Made by a program: the position numbers and the translations under genes
In this document: in pieces, positions 20,192 through 33,604 of the stretch
Layout of the letters: every line of letters starts with the position of its first letter
Position numbering within the stretch: the first letter of the stretch is position 1
Notes under the pieces: model-generated
The model's database searches: none
What the model saw: only the letters and a program-made list of their open reading frames with translations
Told to the model about the DNA's origin: nothing
Origin: Planctomycetota bacterium
GTDB lineage: Bacteria; Planctomycetota; B15-G4
Direction of reading: 5' to 3'
DNA: 64,000 nucleotides
Assembly (NCBI GenBank): GCA_038212275.1
Contig: JBBQUR010000004.1
Coordinates: 1 to 64,000, forward strand

Positions 20192-23100
20192 ATGCAGCGG
20201 CGCACGCTGGGTCTCAAGACGACCGGTTTCCGTGCCTACCTGGCCACGCAATTCCTCGGCGCCCTCAACGACAACGCCTTCAAATTCCTGCTGCTGTCGC
20301 TGATCGTCCAGAAGGCTGCGGGCAATCTCCCTTACGAGCAACGCTGGACGGGCGTGGCCCAGGGACTCTTCGCGCTGCCCTTCGTGCTCTTCGCGGCGTG
20401 GGCAGGCGTGCTGGCCGACCGCTTCCGCAAGGACGCGATCTTCGTCTGGGCCAAGTGCGCCGAGGTCGCGCTCATGGTCGGCGTCGTGATGGCGCTCAGT
20501 CTCGACAGCGGCGTGGGGCTCCTGGCGCTGCTCTTCCTCATGGCGACGCAGAGCGCCTTCTTCGGCCCGGCCAAGTACGGCTACCTGGGCGAGACGATCG
20601 CGGAGGATGACCTCTCGCGCGCCAACGGCCTCGTGAACATGACCACCGTGGTCGCCGTCGTCCTCGGGCAGATCCTGGGCCCCGCCATCTTCGACGCCTT
20701 CTCCGGCAGCAACCGGCTCGAAGTCGGGGCGATCGCGCTGGTGGTGATCGCAGTGGCCGGTGCGGTGACGTCGTTCGGCGTGCCGCGCGTGGAGGCGGCG
20801 CAGCCGGGCGCTCCGCTGGCGGGTGCGGTCGGCGAACTGTTCCGCACCGGCCGTGAGGTCATGGCCAGCAAGGGCCTGCTCTACACCGTGGCGGGCATCG
20901 GCCACTTCTACCTGCTTGCGGCGCTGCTGCAGGTGCAGCTCTTCGCGTATGCCCAGCACGTGCTGGGTGTCGGTGCCACGGGCGCCGGCGTGTTCGTCGC
21001 GGTGACGCTGGTGGGGATGGCGGTGGGCAGCCTGCTCGCCGCGCGCTGGTCCGAGCGCAAGGTGGAGCTGGGCCTCGTGCCGCTCGGGGCGCTCATCATG
21101 AGCGTCGGCGTCCTGCTGTTGGCGTTCGTGGGCGGCCAGCTCGACGGCGAGGGCAGCCACGAGATGCAGATGCTGGCGGCATGGGGACCGGCTGCAGCGT
21201 GCGTGCTGCTGGTGGGCATCGGCGGCGGACTGTTCATCGTGCCGCTGCAGGCGAATCTGCAGATCCTGGCGCCGGAGTTGGCCAAGGGCCGCTTCATGGC
21301 CTTCGGCAACATGGTGTCGTTCATCGGCATCTTCCTGTCGGCCGCACTGTGGTGGTTGCTGGGCGAGCTGGGCCTGCAATCGCGCGGGCAGGCACTGGCC
21401 GTCGGCGCCTTCTCGCTCGTCGGCACGGGTATCTCGCTGTGGGTGCTGCCGGAAGCCTTCCTGCGCTTGTGCGGCTGGTTGCTCGCGCACAGCGTTTACC
21501 GCATCCGCGTGCTGCACGCCGACCGTCTGCCGGAATCCGGCGGCGCGCTGCTCGTCGCCAATCACGTGAGCTGGGTGGACTGGCTGGTGCTCGCGGCCAT
21601 CACGCGCCGCCGCGTGCGCTTCCTGATCTACCGCAGGTATTTCGAGTGGTGGCCCATTCACTGGCTGCTCAAGCTGGCCGGCTGCATTCCGATCGCATCG
21701 GGCGACACTCCGGACGTTGCCGCGCGTTCGCTGGAGGCCGCTGGGCAGGCACTGGAGGAAGGGCACCTCGTCGCGATCTTTGCCGAGGGCTCGGTGACGC
21801 GCACCGGCCACCTGCACGCCATCCGGCGCGGCTACCAGCGCATCGTGCAGGACCGCGGCATCCCGATCATCCCGGTGCACCTCGACGGCCTGTGGGGCTC
21901 CATCTTCAGTCACGAGGGCGGGCGCCTGCTGTGGAAGCCTCCGCGCGCGATTCCGTATCCGGTGACGGTGGCGGTGGGCGAGCCGCTCTCGGCGCGCGCC
22001 GAACCCTTCGAACTGCGAGCCGCCATCCAGCGCCTCTCCAGCGATGCGTGGCAGGTGCGCAAGCTCCACCGCCGACCGCTGCACCTCACCTTGCTGCGCG
22101 AAGGGCGCCTGAGCCCGGAAGCCGCGCTGCTGGAGCCCGGGCGGCGTTCCCTCTCGCGCGGTGCGGCGCTCGCAAGGGCGCTGGCGCTGCGCGACGCGCT
22201 CATGCCGCAACTCGGCACGGCGGAGCGCGTCGGCCTCGCGCTGCCTCCCGGACAGGACGGCGCGCTGACCGTGCTCGCGCTGCTCTTCGCGGGCCGCGTG
22301 CCGGTGCCGCTGAACACGGCGATGGATGCGTCCGAACTCGGCGCCATCGCGCAGCGCGCCGGGCTCGACACGCTGCTCACCGTCGGAGAGGTGTCGGCGC
22401 GCTGGGCCGTGTCGTGTCCTGCCGAGCGCTCGTCGGGCGAAGCCGGTGCCTCCATGTCGCCGCCCGCCGGCCTGCGCCTCGTGGACGTGTCCACGCTGTT
22501 CGACGGCCTCACGCGCGGCCGGACGAGGTTCTGGCGCCTGCTTTTCCTGCTGCCGATGCCGTTGCTCGAACGCCTGGCCGTGCGCGGTGACAGGCACTCG
22601 ATGGATCGCCAGGCCGTCGTGCTCTTCACAGCGGGCAGCACGGGCGAGCCGAAGGGTGTCGTCCTCTCGCACCTCAACGTGCTGGCCAACGTGGAGGCGG
22701 TGCAGGAGGTGCTCGACCTGGGCAGCAAGGACCGCGTCGTCGCGCTCGCGCCGCTCGATCAGGCGATGGGCTTCACGCAAGCCCTGTGGCTCGCGCTCCT
22801 CACCGACGCGGGCGTGGTCTTCGTGCCCGATCCGCTGGATGGGCGCGCCGTCGGCAGCCTCGTGGCCAGCTTCCGGGGCACGATCCTCTTCGCGACGCCG
22901 CGCCTGCTGGAGCGCACGCTGCGCCAGGCGCGCTCAGAGCACTTCGGCAGCCTGCGTCTCGTCTTCTCCTACGGCGAGAAGCTGCTGCCGCGACTGCGCA
23001 GCGCCTTCGAAGCGCGTTTCGGCCTGTATCCACTGGAGGCCTACGCGTCGACGGAATGCGCGGGCCTCGCTGCGCTCAACACGCCGGATGTGCGGCGGCC

Positions 23101-23770
23101 CGGCGTCTTCCAGCGCGGCGCCCGCACCGGCAGCGTCGGCCACCCGCTGCCCGGCGTCAGCGTGGAGGCGATGGATGCGGAGAGCGGCGCGCTTGCGCCC
23201 AACGAGAAGCCCGGCCGGCTGCGCATCCGCGGGCCCAACGTCATGCGCGGCTACGTCGACGATCCGCAGGCGCAGGCACGGGAACTGCGCCGCGGCTGGT
23301 ATGCGAGCGGCGACCTCGCCACGGTGGACGAGGACGGCTTCATCACGCTCACGGGGCGCTTCAAGCGGCAGTCGCTCATCGGCGGCGAGCGTATCTCGCA
23401 CGGCGAGGTGGAGGACGCGATCGCCGAACTGCTCGGCACGCCCGACTGTCCCGTGGTCGTGAGCGGCCGCCAGCCGCCCGGCAGCCCGCGCGATGCCGTG
23501 GACGGCCAGCCGGCGCCCGACGACGCACTCGTGGTTTTCTACGTGCGGGGTGCGCTCGATCCGGCGCTCGCGCTCGCGGGGCTTGCGCGCGCCGGGCTAC
23601 CCGCCGCAGGGCTTCTGAAGCCGGAGAGTTTTCACGCCGTCAAGGAGATCCCGATGCTCGCCACGGGCACCGTGGACTATCGCGCCTTGCTGCGCACGCT
23701 CGGGCCGTCGGCGCCGTCCGGGGCGTCCGGGGCGTCCGGGGCGTCGGGCACGGACGTCGCGCCGGCGTGA
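20192..23770 (+). CDS. MFS (LplT-like) - acyltransferase - AMP-binding fusion (Aas-like)
   Basis: TQFLGALNDNAFK and QSAFFGPAKYG (LplT-like); ANHVSWVD and IFAEG (PlsC); FTAGSTGEPKGV and GPNVMRGY (AMP-binding). Confidence 0.9.
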   Translation: MQRRTLGLKTTGFRAYLATQFLGALNDNAFKFLLLSLIVQKAAGNLPYEQRWTGVAQGLFALPFVLFAAWAGVLADRFRKDAIFVWAKCAEVALMVGVVMALSLDSGVGLLALLFLMATQSAFFGPAKYGYLGETIAEDDLSRANGLVNMTTVVAVVLGQILGPAIFDAFSGSNRLEVGAIALVVIAVAGAVTSFGVPRVEAAQPGAPLAGAVGELFRTGREVMASKGLLYTVAGIGHFYLLAALLQVQLFAYAQHVLGVGATGAGVFVAVTLVGMAVGSLLAARWSERKVELGLVPLGALIMSVGVLLLAFVGGQLDGEGSHEMQMLAAWGPAAACVLLVGIGGGLFIVPLQANLQILAPELAKGRFMAFGNMVSFIGIFLSAALWWLLGELGLQSRGQALAVGAFSLVGTGISLWVLPEAFLRLCGWLLAHSVYRIRVLHADRLPESGGALLVANHVSWVDWLVLAAITRRRVRFLIYRRYFEWWPIHWLLKLAGCIPIASGDTPDVAARSLEAAGQALEEGHLVAIFAEGSVTRTGHLHAIRRGYQRIVQDRGIPIIPVHLDGLWGSIFSHEGGRLLWKPPRAIPYPVTVAVGEPLSARAEPFELRAAIQRLSSDAWQVRKLHRRPLHLTLLREGRLSPEAALLEPGRRSLSRGAALARALALRDALMPQLGTAERVGLALPPGQDGALTVLALLFAGRVPVPLNTAMDASELGAIAQRAGLDTLLTVGEVSARWAVSCPAERSSGEAGASMSPPAGLRLVDVSTLFDGLTRGRTRFWRLLFLLPMPLLERLAVRGDRHSMDRQAVVLFTAGSTGEPKGVVLSHLNVLANVEAVQEVLDLGSKDRVVALAPLDQAMGFTQALWLALLTDAGVVFVPDPLDGRAVGSLVASFRGTILFATPRLLERTLRQARSEHFGSLRLVFSYGEKLLPRLRSAFEARFGLYPLEAYASTECAGLAALNTPDVRRPGVFQRGARTGSVGHPLPGVSVEAMDAESGALAPNEKPGRLRIRGPNVMRGYVDDPQAQARELRRGWYASGDLATVDEDGFITLTGRFKRQSLIGGERISHGEVEDAIAELLGTPDCPVVVSGRQPPGSPRDAVDGQPAPDDALVVFYVRGALDPALALAGLARAGLPAAGLLKPESFHAVKEIPMLATGTVDYRALLRTLGPSAPSGASGASGASGTDVAPA

Positions 23771-23786
23771 GCGGCGCCGCGCCCGG

Positions 23787-24056
23787 TCAGAAGAAGAAGA
23801 AGCGCTTGCGCTTCCTGCTCAGCTCGCGCAGGACGGTCTCGGCGGCGCCCAGGTAGTCCCTCGCGCAGGGGCGGCAGCCGGTGTTGCAGCACACCAGCGT
23901 GCGCGGGTCGGTCTCGCCCGTGACGAGCTTGACGACGGCCTGGCCGAAGTAGTCCTCGAGGTTGTACTTCTTCATGGCCCCCTGCAGCACGCTGCGGAAG
24001 CGCGGATCGGCGGTCAGGTGGGCCCTGGGTGGCGGTGACTTGGCGGGGGTGTCCAT
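23787..24056 (-). CDS. Small Cys-rich protein (CCxxGCxxC motif)
   Basis: LVCCNTGCRPCARDY; strong coding codon bias; TATCCT 9 nt upstream of the ATG. Confidence 0.7.
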   Translation of the reverse strand: MDTPAKSPPPRAHLTADPRFRSVLQGAMKKYNLEDYFGQAVVKLVTGETDPRTLVCCNTGCRPCARDYLGAAETVLRELSRKRKRFFFF

Positions 24057-24156
24057 GGGCTGTTCAGGATAGCGCACCACGGCGCGCGTGGCGGGTGCCT
24101 GCCCGTCGCGGCATACTGTCGACCCGCGGCGCTGCCGCCGCGCCGGAGGAAGTCGC

Positions 24157-24978
24157 ATGTTCATCGCGCGTCGCCGCTGCCCGAGCCTGCTCGTGGCACT
24201 TGTCGCAGCACTCTTCGCCGGCGCCTGCTACTCCGTGCCCGGCACGGGGCGCAGCCAGTTCCGCGTGGTGCCGCTGGGCACCGAAATGAGCCTCGGTGCG
24301 CAGGCCTACGACGAGACGCTGGCTGAATCCAAGCCCGTCACCACGGGCGCGGATGCCCAGATGGTGGCGCGTGTCGGCGAGCGCATCGCGGCTGCCGCCA
24401 AGCGCCTCTATCCCGATCCGAGCGTCGAGTTCGACTGGCAGATCGTGCTGCTCAACGAGCCGCAGACGGTCAACGCCTGGTGCCTCCCGGGCGGCAAGAT
24501 GGCCGTGTACACGGGACTGCTGCCGATCACGCAGGACGAGGCCAGCCTCGCGGTCGTCGTCGGACACGAGGTGGCCCATGCGGTGGCGCGTCACGGCGGG
24601 GAGCGCATGAGCCAGGACATGGTGTTCAGCGCCGTGCTGACCGGGACGAGCATGAGTCTCGGCGACATGGCGCCCGCGGAGAAGGATCAGATCATGCAGG
24701 CGCTGAGCGGTGCGGGCGAGCTGGGCGTGATGCTGCCGTTCTCTCGCGCGCACGAGACCGAAGCCGACGAGCTGGGCCTGTTTCTGGCGGCCGATGCAGG
24801 CTACGACCCGCAGGCGGCCATCGGCCTCTGGCAGCGTATGGCTGCCGCGAGCAAGGGGCAGGCGCCGCCGGAATTCCTGTCCACGCACCCGTCCGATGCA
24901 ACGCGCATCGAGAAGCTGCAGGCGCTCATGCCGCACGCCATGGAGTACTACCAGCGGGCTAAGGCAGCGGGGCGCTGA
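24157..24978 (+). CDS. M48 family metallopeptidase lipoprotein
   Basis: Lipobox FAGAC; VNAWCLPGGK, GHEVAH, FSRAHETEAD, FLSTHP. Confidence 0.93.
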   Translation: MFIARRRCPSLLVALVAALFAGACYSVPGTGRSQFRVVPLGTEMSLGAQAYDETLAESKPVTTGADAQMVARVGERIAAAAKRLYPDPSVEFDWQIVLLNEPQTVNAWCLPGGKMAVYTGLLPITQDEASLAVVVGHEVAHAVARHGGERMSQDMVFSAVLTGTSMSLGDMAPAEKDQIMQALSGAGELGVMLPFSRAHETEADELGLFLAADAGYDPQAAIGLWQRMAAASKGQAPPEFLSTHPSDATRIEKLQALMPHAMEYYQRAKAAGR

Positions 24979-24987
24979 GCGGACCGG

Positions 24988-27120
24988 CTACTTCGAGTAC
25001 GTCGGCTTGTAGTCGGGGGGCAGCGGAATCTCCAGCCGCGTCCAGCTGCGTGCCGCATCGCGCGAGATCCACGCGCCGTCGTAGCTGCCGACGAGCAGCG
25101 TGTGGTCGGCAGCGTAGGTCGGCGAGCGGTCCATGCAGAGCACCACCCGTGCGCCACCCTCGGAGCGGGACCACGTCGCTCCGCCGTCGCGCGTGACGTA
25201 CACGCCCGCCGTGCGAGGTCCGGCGAAGGCCGTGCCGTCGTGCTCGAAGTCCGGCGAGATCTCGACGTAGTCGAAGCGCGTGCTGCCGAGGCCTCCCGAG
25301 AGCGGCGTCCAGGTCGCGCCGCCGTCGCGCGAGAGGTGCAGACCGGAGAACAGCGAGCAGACCAGCAGGATGTCGCCCGCCGAACCTGGCGCGACGGCGA
25401 CGCTCGCGCAGCCCTTCGCATCCAGCGACTCGATGCGCGTGAAGCTCAGCCCGCGGTCGTCGGACGTCCACAACCCGTCGGGGCAGGCCACGTACATGCG
25501 GCCGCTGGTCTCCCAGTCGGGTGCGAAGGCCATGTCGTCCACGGCGGCGATGTTGGTGTCCTGCCACGTGACGCCGCGGTCGGCGCTGCGCGTGAAGCGG
25601 TTGGCGAGCGGGCTCGTGCCGGTGTAGGTGGAGAGGTAGGCGAAGGCCACGCCGCTGTCGGGAAAGTCGGGGGCGAAGGCGAGCGCCCGCGCGAAGCCCT
25701 TGCGGCTGTCGAGGGTGGCTCGTACCGACGCGCCGCCGTCCGTGGAAAGCAGCAGCCGGTTCGGCGCGCCGACCATGAGCGTGTGATCCGTGGCCACGGC
25801 CGGCGAGGTGGCGATGCCGTCGGGGAACTTCCAGCCGATGGTGTCCAATGCGCGGTAGCGCAGGCCGCTGGCCTCGCCGAGGACGGTGCGCGGGGGCACC
25901 GGCGCACCGGCCGACACGACGTCCGCGCCCTCGACGGGCCGCGCCTCGAGCAGCCCGAGGCCGTACGTCGAAAGCCAGAGCGTTCCGTCCTCCGCAAAGC
26001 CCGGCGAGAGGGCGAGGTTGCGCACGATGCGTGCGTGCAGGACGTCGATCCACTGCCAGCCGTCGCCGCCGGTCAACGACACGTACAGCCCCTCGAAGGT
26101 GGCGGCATAGACGATGTGATCGTGCGCGAAGTCGGGTGACGGCAGGGCGCCGTGGTAATGCAGCGTGGTCTGATCCGTCGGCTCGCGGAAGCCCTTGCGG
26201 TTGATGCGCCACGGCGCGCCGCCCGCCTTGACGGCGATCCCGTCGTCCGCCGTGGCCGCGAAGAGCACCGCCTCGCCGCGGGCATCGCGAGCGAGCGTCA
26301 GTTGCAGCACGTTCCACACGGCCGCGGCCCCGGTGTCCGACACCCACGTGCTGCCTCCGTCGCTGCTTCGCAGCACGCCGTGAGCGCGCGTCCCGACCCA
26401 CAGCGTGCGGCCCGGAATGTCCGCCACGAGCGTCTGCAGTCCGCCTCCGGGCGGCGCCGCGACGACGGCGAAGCTCGCCGCGCCATCGGTGGAGGCGAGC
26501 AGCCGCGTACCGCCCGACAGCACCCAGGCGCGTCGGTCGCGCGAGAACTCGCTCGAGAAGACGAAGCCTTCGATGCTCGGGGCCGCGGCCTCGCCGGGCA
26601 GGGCGAGGCGCGTCCAGGTGGCGCCACGGTCACGTGACAGCCAGAGCCCGTCACTCGCGGTGTACGCGGCCAGCGTGCCGTCGGCGGCATAGTCCGGCGA
26701 CACCGCCAGGCCGCGCACGTTGCGCACCTGCTCCGGGAGCGGCAGCGCCTCCCACTGATCGCCGGCGTCGTGGCTCACGAAGACGTGCGCAATCTCGGCG
26801 CAGAACAGCGTACGGTCGTGCGCGAAGTCGGGCGAGACGGCCAGCCCGAGCACGTAGGCCGTGTCGAGGCCGGCATTGACCACCTCGAAGCTCGCACCCG
26901 CATCGCGCGTGCGCAGCACGAGGTTGAAGCGCGGCAGCGAGACGAAGAGCGTCCTGTCCCGGGCGAAGTCGGGCGAAATGGCCCACGCCTCGATGGCATC
27001 GTGCGGCGAGTGGAACAGCGCCCGTGCGGGCATCGGGAGCAGCACGAGCCACGCGAGCAGCACGCACGGCACGAGCCGGATGGGGAGGGGCAGGCGCAGG
27101 ATCATGCGGGCGATGGACAT
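24988..27120 (-). CDS. Secreted BNR/Asp-box beta-propeller protein
   Basis: Signal peptide; many SxDxGxTW Asp boxes and SPDFAHD repeats. Confidence 0.85.
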   Translation of the reverse strand: MSIARMILRLPLPIRLVPCVLLAWLVLLPMPARALFHSPHDAIEAWAISPDFARDRTLFVSLPRFNLVLRTRDAGASFEVVNAGLDTAYVLGLAVSPDFAHDRTLFCAEIAHVFVSHDAGDQWEALPLPEQVRNVRGLAVSPDYAADGTLAAYTASDGLWLSRDRGATWTRLALPGEAAAPSIEGFVFSSEFSRDRRAWVLSGGTRLLASTDGAASFAVVAAPPGGGLQTLVADIPGRTLWVGTRAHGVLRSSDGGSTWVSDTGAAAVWNVLQLTLARDARGEAVLFAATADDGIAVKAGGAPWRINRKGFREPTDQTTLHYHGALPSPDFAHDHIVYAATFEGLYVSLTGGDGWQWIDVLHARIVRNLALSPGFAEDGTLWLSTYGLGLLEARPVEGADVVSAGAPVPPRTVLGEASGLRYRALDTIGWKFPDGIATSPAVATDHTLMVGAPNRLLLSTDGGASVRATLDSRKGFARALAFAPDFPDSGVAFAYLSTYTGTSPLANRFTRSADRGVTWQDTNIAAVDDMAFAPDWETSGRMYVACPDGLWTSDDRGLSFTRIESLDAKGCASVAVAPGSAGDILLVCSLFSGLHLSRDGGATWTPLSGGLGSTRFDYVEISPDFEHDGTAFAGPRTAGVYVTRDGGATWSRSEGGARVVLCMDRSPTYAADHTLLVGSYDGAWISRDAARSWTRLEIPLPPDYKPTYSK

Positions 27121-27204
27121 GGTCGCGGCATCATCGACGCGGACTGTCCGGAAGCCAAGGGGAAGCCGCGCGGGGCGGCGCCGAAGGGTGTGGCGAGCAG
27201 GAGC

Positions 27205-30792
<3,588 letters not shown>

Positions 30793-30926
30793 GCGCTGTC
30801 GATTGTAGAGTTCATGCGCCGGCAACGGACGTCTCGTGTTCCGTGACGTGAGGAGGCCCGGACTGCAGGCGGGCGAGGTCGCTTCGGTGCGCCTCGAACT
30901 TCTTCCTGAGTGACGGCACGTCGCGG

Positions 30927-31835
30927 TCAGTCCGTCTCGCAGTTGGGTTGCTGGAAGAGCGCGCCGTCCTCGAGGCGCAGTGCCGTGAGTTCGTCGCCCC
31001 AGACGCAGCCGGAGTCGAGGCCGCGCACGCCGTCGTCGAGGTGCAGGCCCAGTGCGGCCCAGTGCCCGAAGACGACGGTGGCGTCGCGGCTCGCTCGCTT
31101 GCGGAGCGCATACCAGGCCGTGCACTCGCGGGGAGCATCCGCGGGCGGCCCCTTGAAGTCCTTGCACAGCCGGCCGTCACGGCGGCAGGTGCGGATGCGC
31201 GTCAGCACGGCGACGATCGAGGCGAGGCGTTCGCCGCCGGCGAGCGTCTCGTCCCAGCGGTCGGGACTGCCGGAGGTGATGGCGGCGAGCGCGCGAAGGC
31301 TGTCGGCGCCGCACAGCGCATCGTGCACCTCGCCCGCGAGGCGGGCGGCGTGGGCCACGCTCCAGTGCGGGTGAAGGCCCGCGTGCACGAGCACGAACTC
31401 GATGGCGTGGCCTGCAGCGAGCGGCGCGGGAGACCCGGATGCCGCATCGTGCGCGTCGGCGTCGCGCTTGCCCGGCGCGCACGGAAGGACCTGCCGATGC
31501 AGCAGCGGCTGGCGGCGCAACCAGTGCAGCAGCTCGTCGCGATCGGGCGCTGCCAGCAGTTCTTCCAGAGTGTCGCCGCGGCGGGCCTTCGTCAGGCCGG
31601 CGGCGCGCGCCAGCAGGTGCAAGTCGTGGTTGCCGAGCACGGTCACGCAGCGTTCGCCAAGCCGGCCCGACAGCGCGACGACGCGACGCAGTGCGGCGAG
31701 TGAGCGGGGGCCGCGGTTCACGAGGTCCCCCGTGAACCACAGCGAGTCGCGTGCGGGTTCCAGCGGAAGGCGCTCCAGCAGCCGCCCGAGCGTGGCATCG
31801 CAACCTTGGATGTCGCCGACCACGTATGTCACCAT
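30927..31835 (-). CDS. apaH: Symmetrical bis(5'-nucleosyl)-tetraphosphatase
   Basis: GDIQGC, GDLVNRGPRSL, LGNHDLHLL, VHAG, VFGHWAALG, LDSGCVWG. Confidence 0.93.
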   Translation of the reverse strand: MVTYVVGDIQGCDATLGRLLERLPLEPARDSLWFTGDLVNRGPRSLAALRRVVALSGRLGERCVTVLGNHDLHLLARAAGLTKARRGDTLEELLAAPDRDELLHWLRRQPLLHRQVLPCAPGKRDADAHDAASGSPAPLAAGHAIEFVLVHAGLHPHWSVAHAARLAGEVHDALCGADSLRALAAITSGSPDRWDETLAGGERLASIVAVLTRIRTCRRDGRLCKDFKGPPADAPRECTAWYALRKRASRDATVVFGHWAALGLHLDDGVRGLDSGCVWGDELTALRLEDGALFQQPNCETD

Positions 31836-31880
31836 CGACTCATCGCTCCCTGACCACTCGTCGAGGACTCAGCGCACGCC

Positions 31881-33524
31881 ATGGCCGCACGTCGCCGTCG
31901 CCCGAGTTCCGCAGGAAAGACAGGCAGCAAGCCTGCCTCCACCGGAACGACCGGTGGTGTCGCCGCGCGCCGCGGGACCACGCGCCGCAAGCGCACCGGC
32001 CGCACGTCCGGCACGCCGGCGGCGCGCAGCTCGGCACCGCGCCAGGGCCTGGTCGCCGCCGTGGACCTCGGTTCCAACAGTTTCCACATGGTCGTCGCGC
32101 GGCTGGTCGACGGCCAGCCGCATCTCGTCGACCGGTTGCGCGAGCGCGTCGTGCTGGCCTCCGGCTTCGGCAAGGACAAGCGCCTGTCCGCGGAGATCCA
32201 GGACGTCGCGCTGGCGTCGCTGCGCCGATTCGGCCAGCGCCTGCGCGACATGCCTCCTGGCAGCGTGCGCGCCGTGGGGACGAACGCCCTGCGCCAGGCA
32301 CGCAACAGCCGGTCCTTCCTGGTGCGCGCGCGCGCCGCGCTGGGGCATCCCATCGAGGTGATCCCCGGCCGCGAGGAAGCGCGTCTCGTCTACCTCGGCG
32401 TGGCGCACAGTCTGCCGGACGACACCGGGCGCAGGCTGGTGGTGGACATCGGAGGCGGCAGCACGGAGTGCGTCGTCGGCGTGCGCCTGCAGCCGCAGGC
32501 CACCGACAGCCTGTTCATGGGTTGCGTCACGTGGACGCAGCGCTTCTTCAAGCGCGGAGAGTTGCGGCGCGCGAACCTCGAGGAGGCCGTCATCGCGGCG
32601 CAGCGCGAGTTGCAGTCCATCGCGCAGCACTACAAGGATCTCGGCTGGAACAGGTGCATCGGGTCGTCGGGCACGATCCTCAGCATCGATGCGATGCTGC
32701 GCGAACACGGATGGGACGATGGCGGCATCACGCGTCACGGCCTGGCCAAGCTCGCCAAGACGATGCTCGCGGCGCGCCACGTGGACAAGCTGTCGCTGGC
32801 GGGGCTTGCGCCCGAGCGCGCCGCGGTGTTGCCCGGCGGCCTCGCCATCCTCATCGCGGTGTTCGAGAGCCTCGGGATCAAGCGCATGATCACGTCGCCG
32901 AACTCGCTGCGTGAAGGCGTGATCTTCGACCTCATCGGGCGCATCCGGCACGAGGATGTCCGCGAGCGGACGATCCGGCAGTACACGCGGCGCTACCACC
33001 TCGACGGCGATCAGGGCACGCGCGTGGAGCGCACGGCGCTGTCGCTGCTGGATCACGTCGCTCGCGGCTGGAAGCTGGGCGGAGAGGAGCCGCGACTGAT
33101 GCTGGCCTGGGCGGCGCGGCTGCACGAGATCGGCCTGTCGGTGAACTACACCGGCTATCACAAGCACGGCGCCTATCTCGTCGCGCACGGCGACATGCCG
33201 GGCTTCTCGCGCGAGGACCAGCAGACGCTCGGCGCGATCATCGGCGGCCACCGTCGCAAGCTGATGCAGGAGCTGTTCGCCGTCTTGCCGGCGGCGCGCG
33301 CCGAGTCGGCCCTGCGCCTCTGCCTCCTGCTGCGGCTGGCGGTGGCGCTGAACCGTGGCCGCAGCGGCCGGCCGCTCCCGACCATCACGCTGAGCGCGCG
33401 AGGCGACACGCTTCGCCTCGGCTTTCCGCGCGGCTGGCTCAAGCGCCACGCGCTGACGCACGCGGACCTCGACGAAGAGGCTGCGTTGCTCGCTCCCACA
33501 GGAGTGCAGCTCTCGGCGCGCTGA
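31881..33524 (+). CDS. ppx: Exopolyphosphatase Ppx/GppA
   Basis: AVDLGSNSFHM, EEARLVYLGV, DIGGGSTE, LREG, LHEIG. Confidence 0.93.
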   Translation: MAARRRRPSSAGKTGSKPASTGTTGGVAARRGTTRRKRTGRTSGTPAARSSAPRQGLVAAVDLGSNSFHMVVARLVDGQPHLVDRLRERVVLASGFGKDKRLSAEIQDVALASLRRFGQRLRDMPPGSVRAVGTNALRQARNSRSFLVRARAALGHPIEVIPGREEARLVYLGVAHSLPDDTGRRLVVDIGGGSTECVVGVRLQPQATDSLFMGCVTWTQRFFKRGELRRANLEEAVIAAQRELQSIAQHYKDLGWNRCIGSSGTILSIDAMLREHGWDDGGITRHGLAKLAKTMLAARHVDKLSLAGLAPERAAVLPGGLAILIAVFESLGIKRMITSPNSLREGVIFDLIGRIRHEDVRERTIRQYTRRYHLDGDQGTRVERTALSLLDHVARGWKLGGEEPRLMLAWAARLHEIGLSVNYTGYHKHGAYLVAHGDMPGFSREDQQTLGAIIGGHRRKLMQELFAVLPAARAESALRLCLLLRLAVALNRGRSGRPLPTITLSARGDTLRLGFPRGWLKRHALTHADLDEEAALLAPTGVQLSAR

Positions 33525-33604
33525 GGGCGCGCGGGCAGCCGGCCACGACGGCGCGCGCGCTGGTCGGGCGTCGCCGCCCACCCGTTGCAGGTCACCGGCG
33601 CGGC

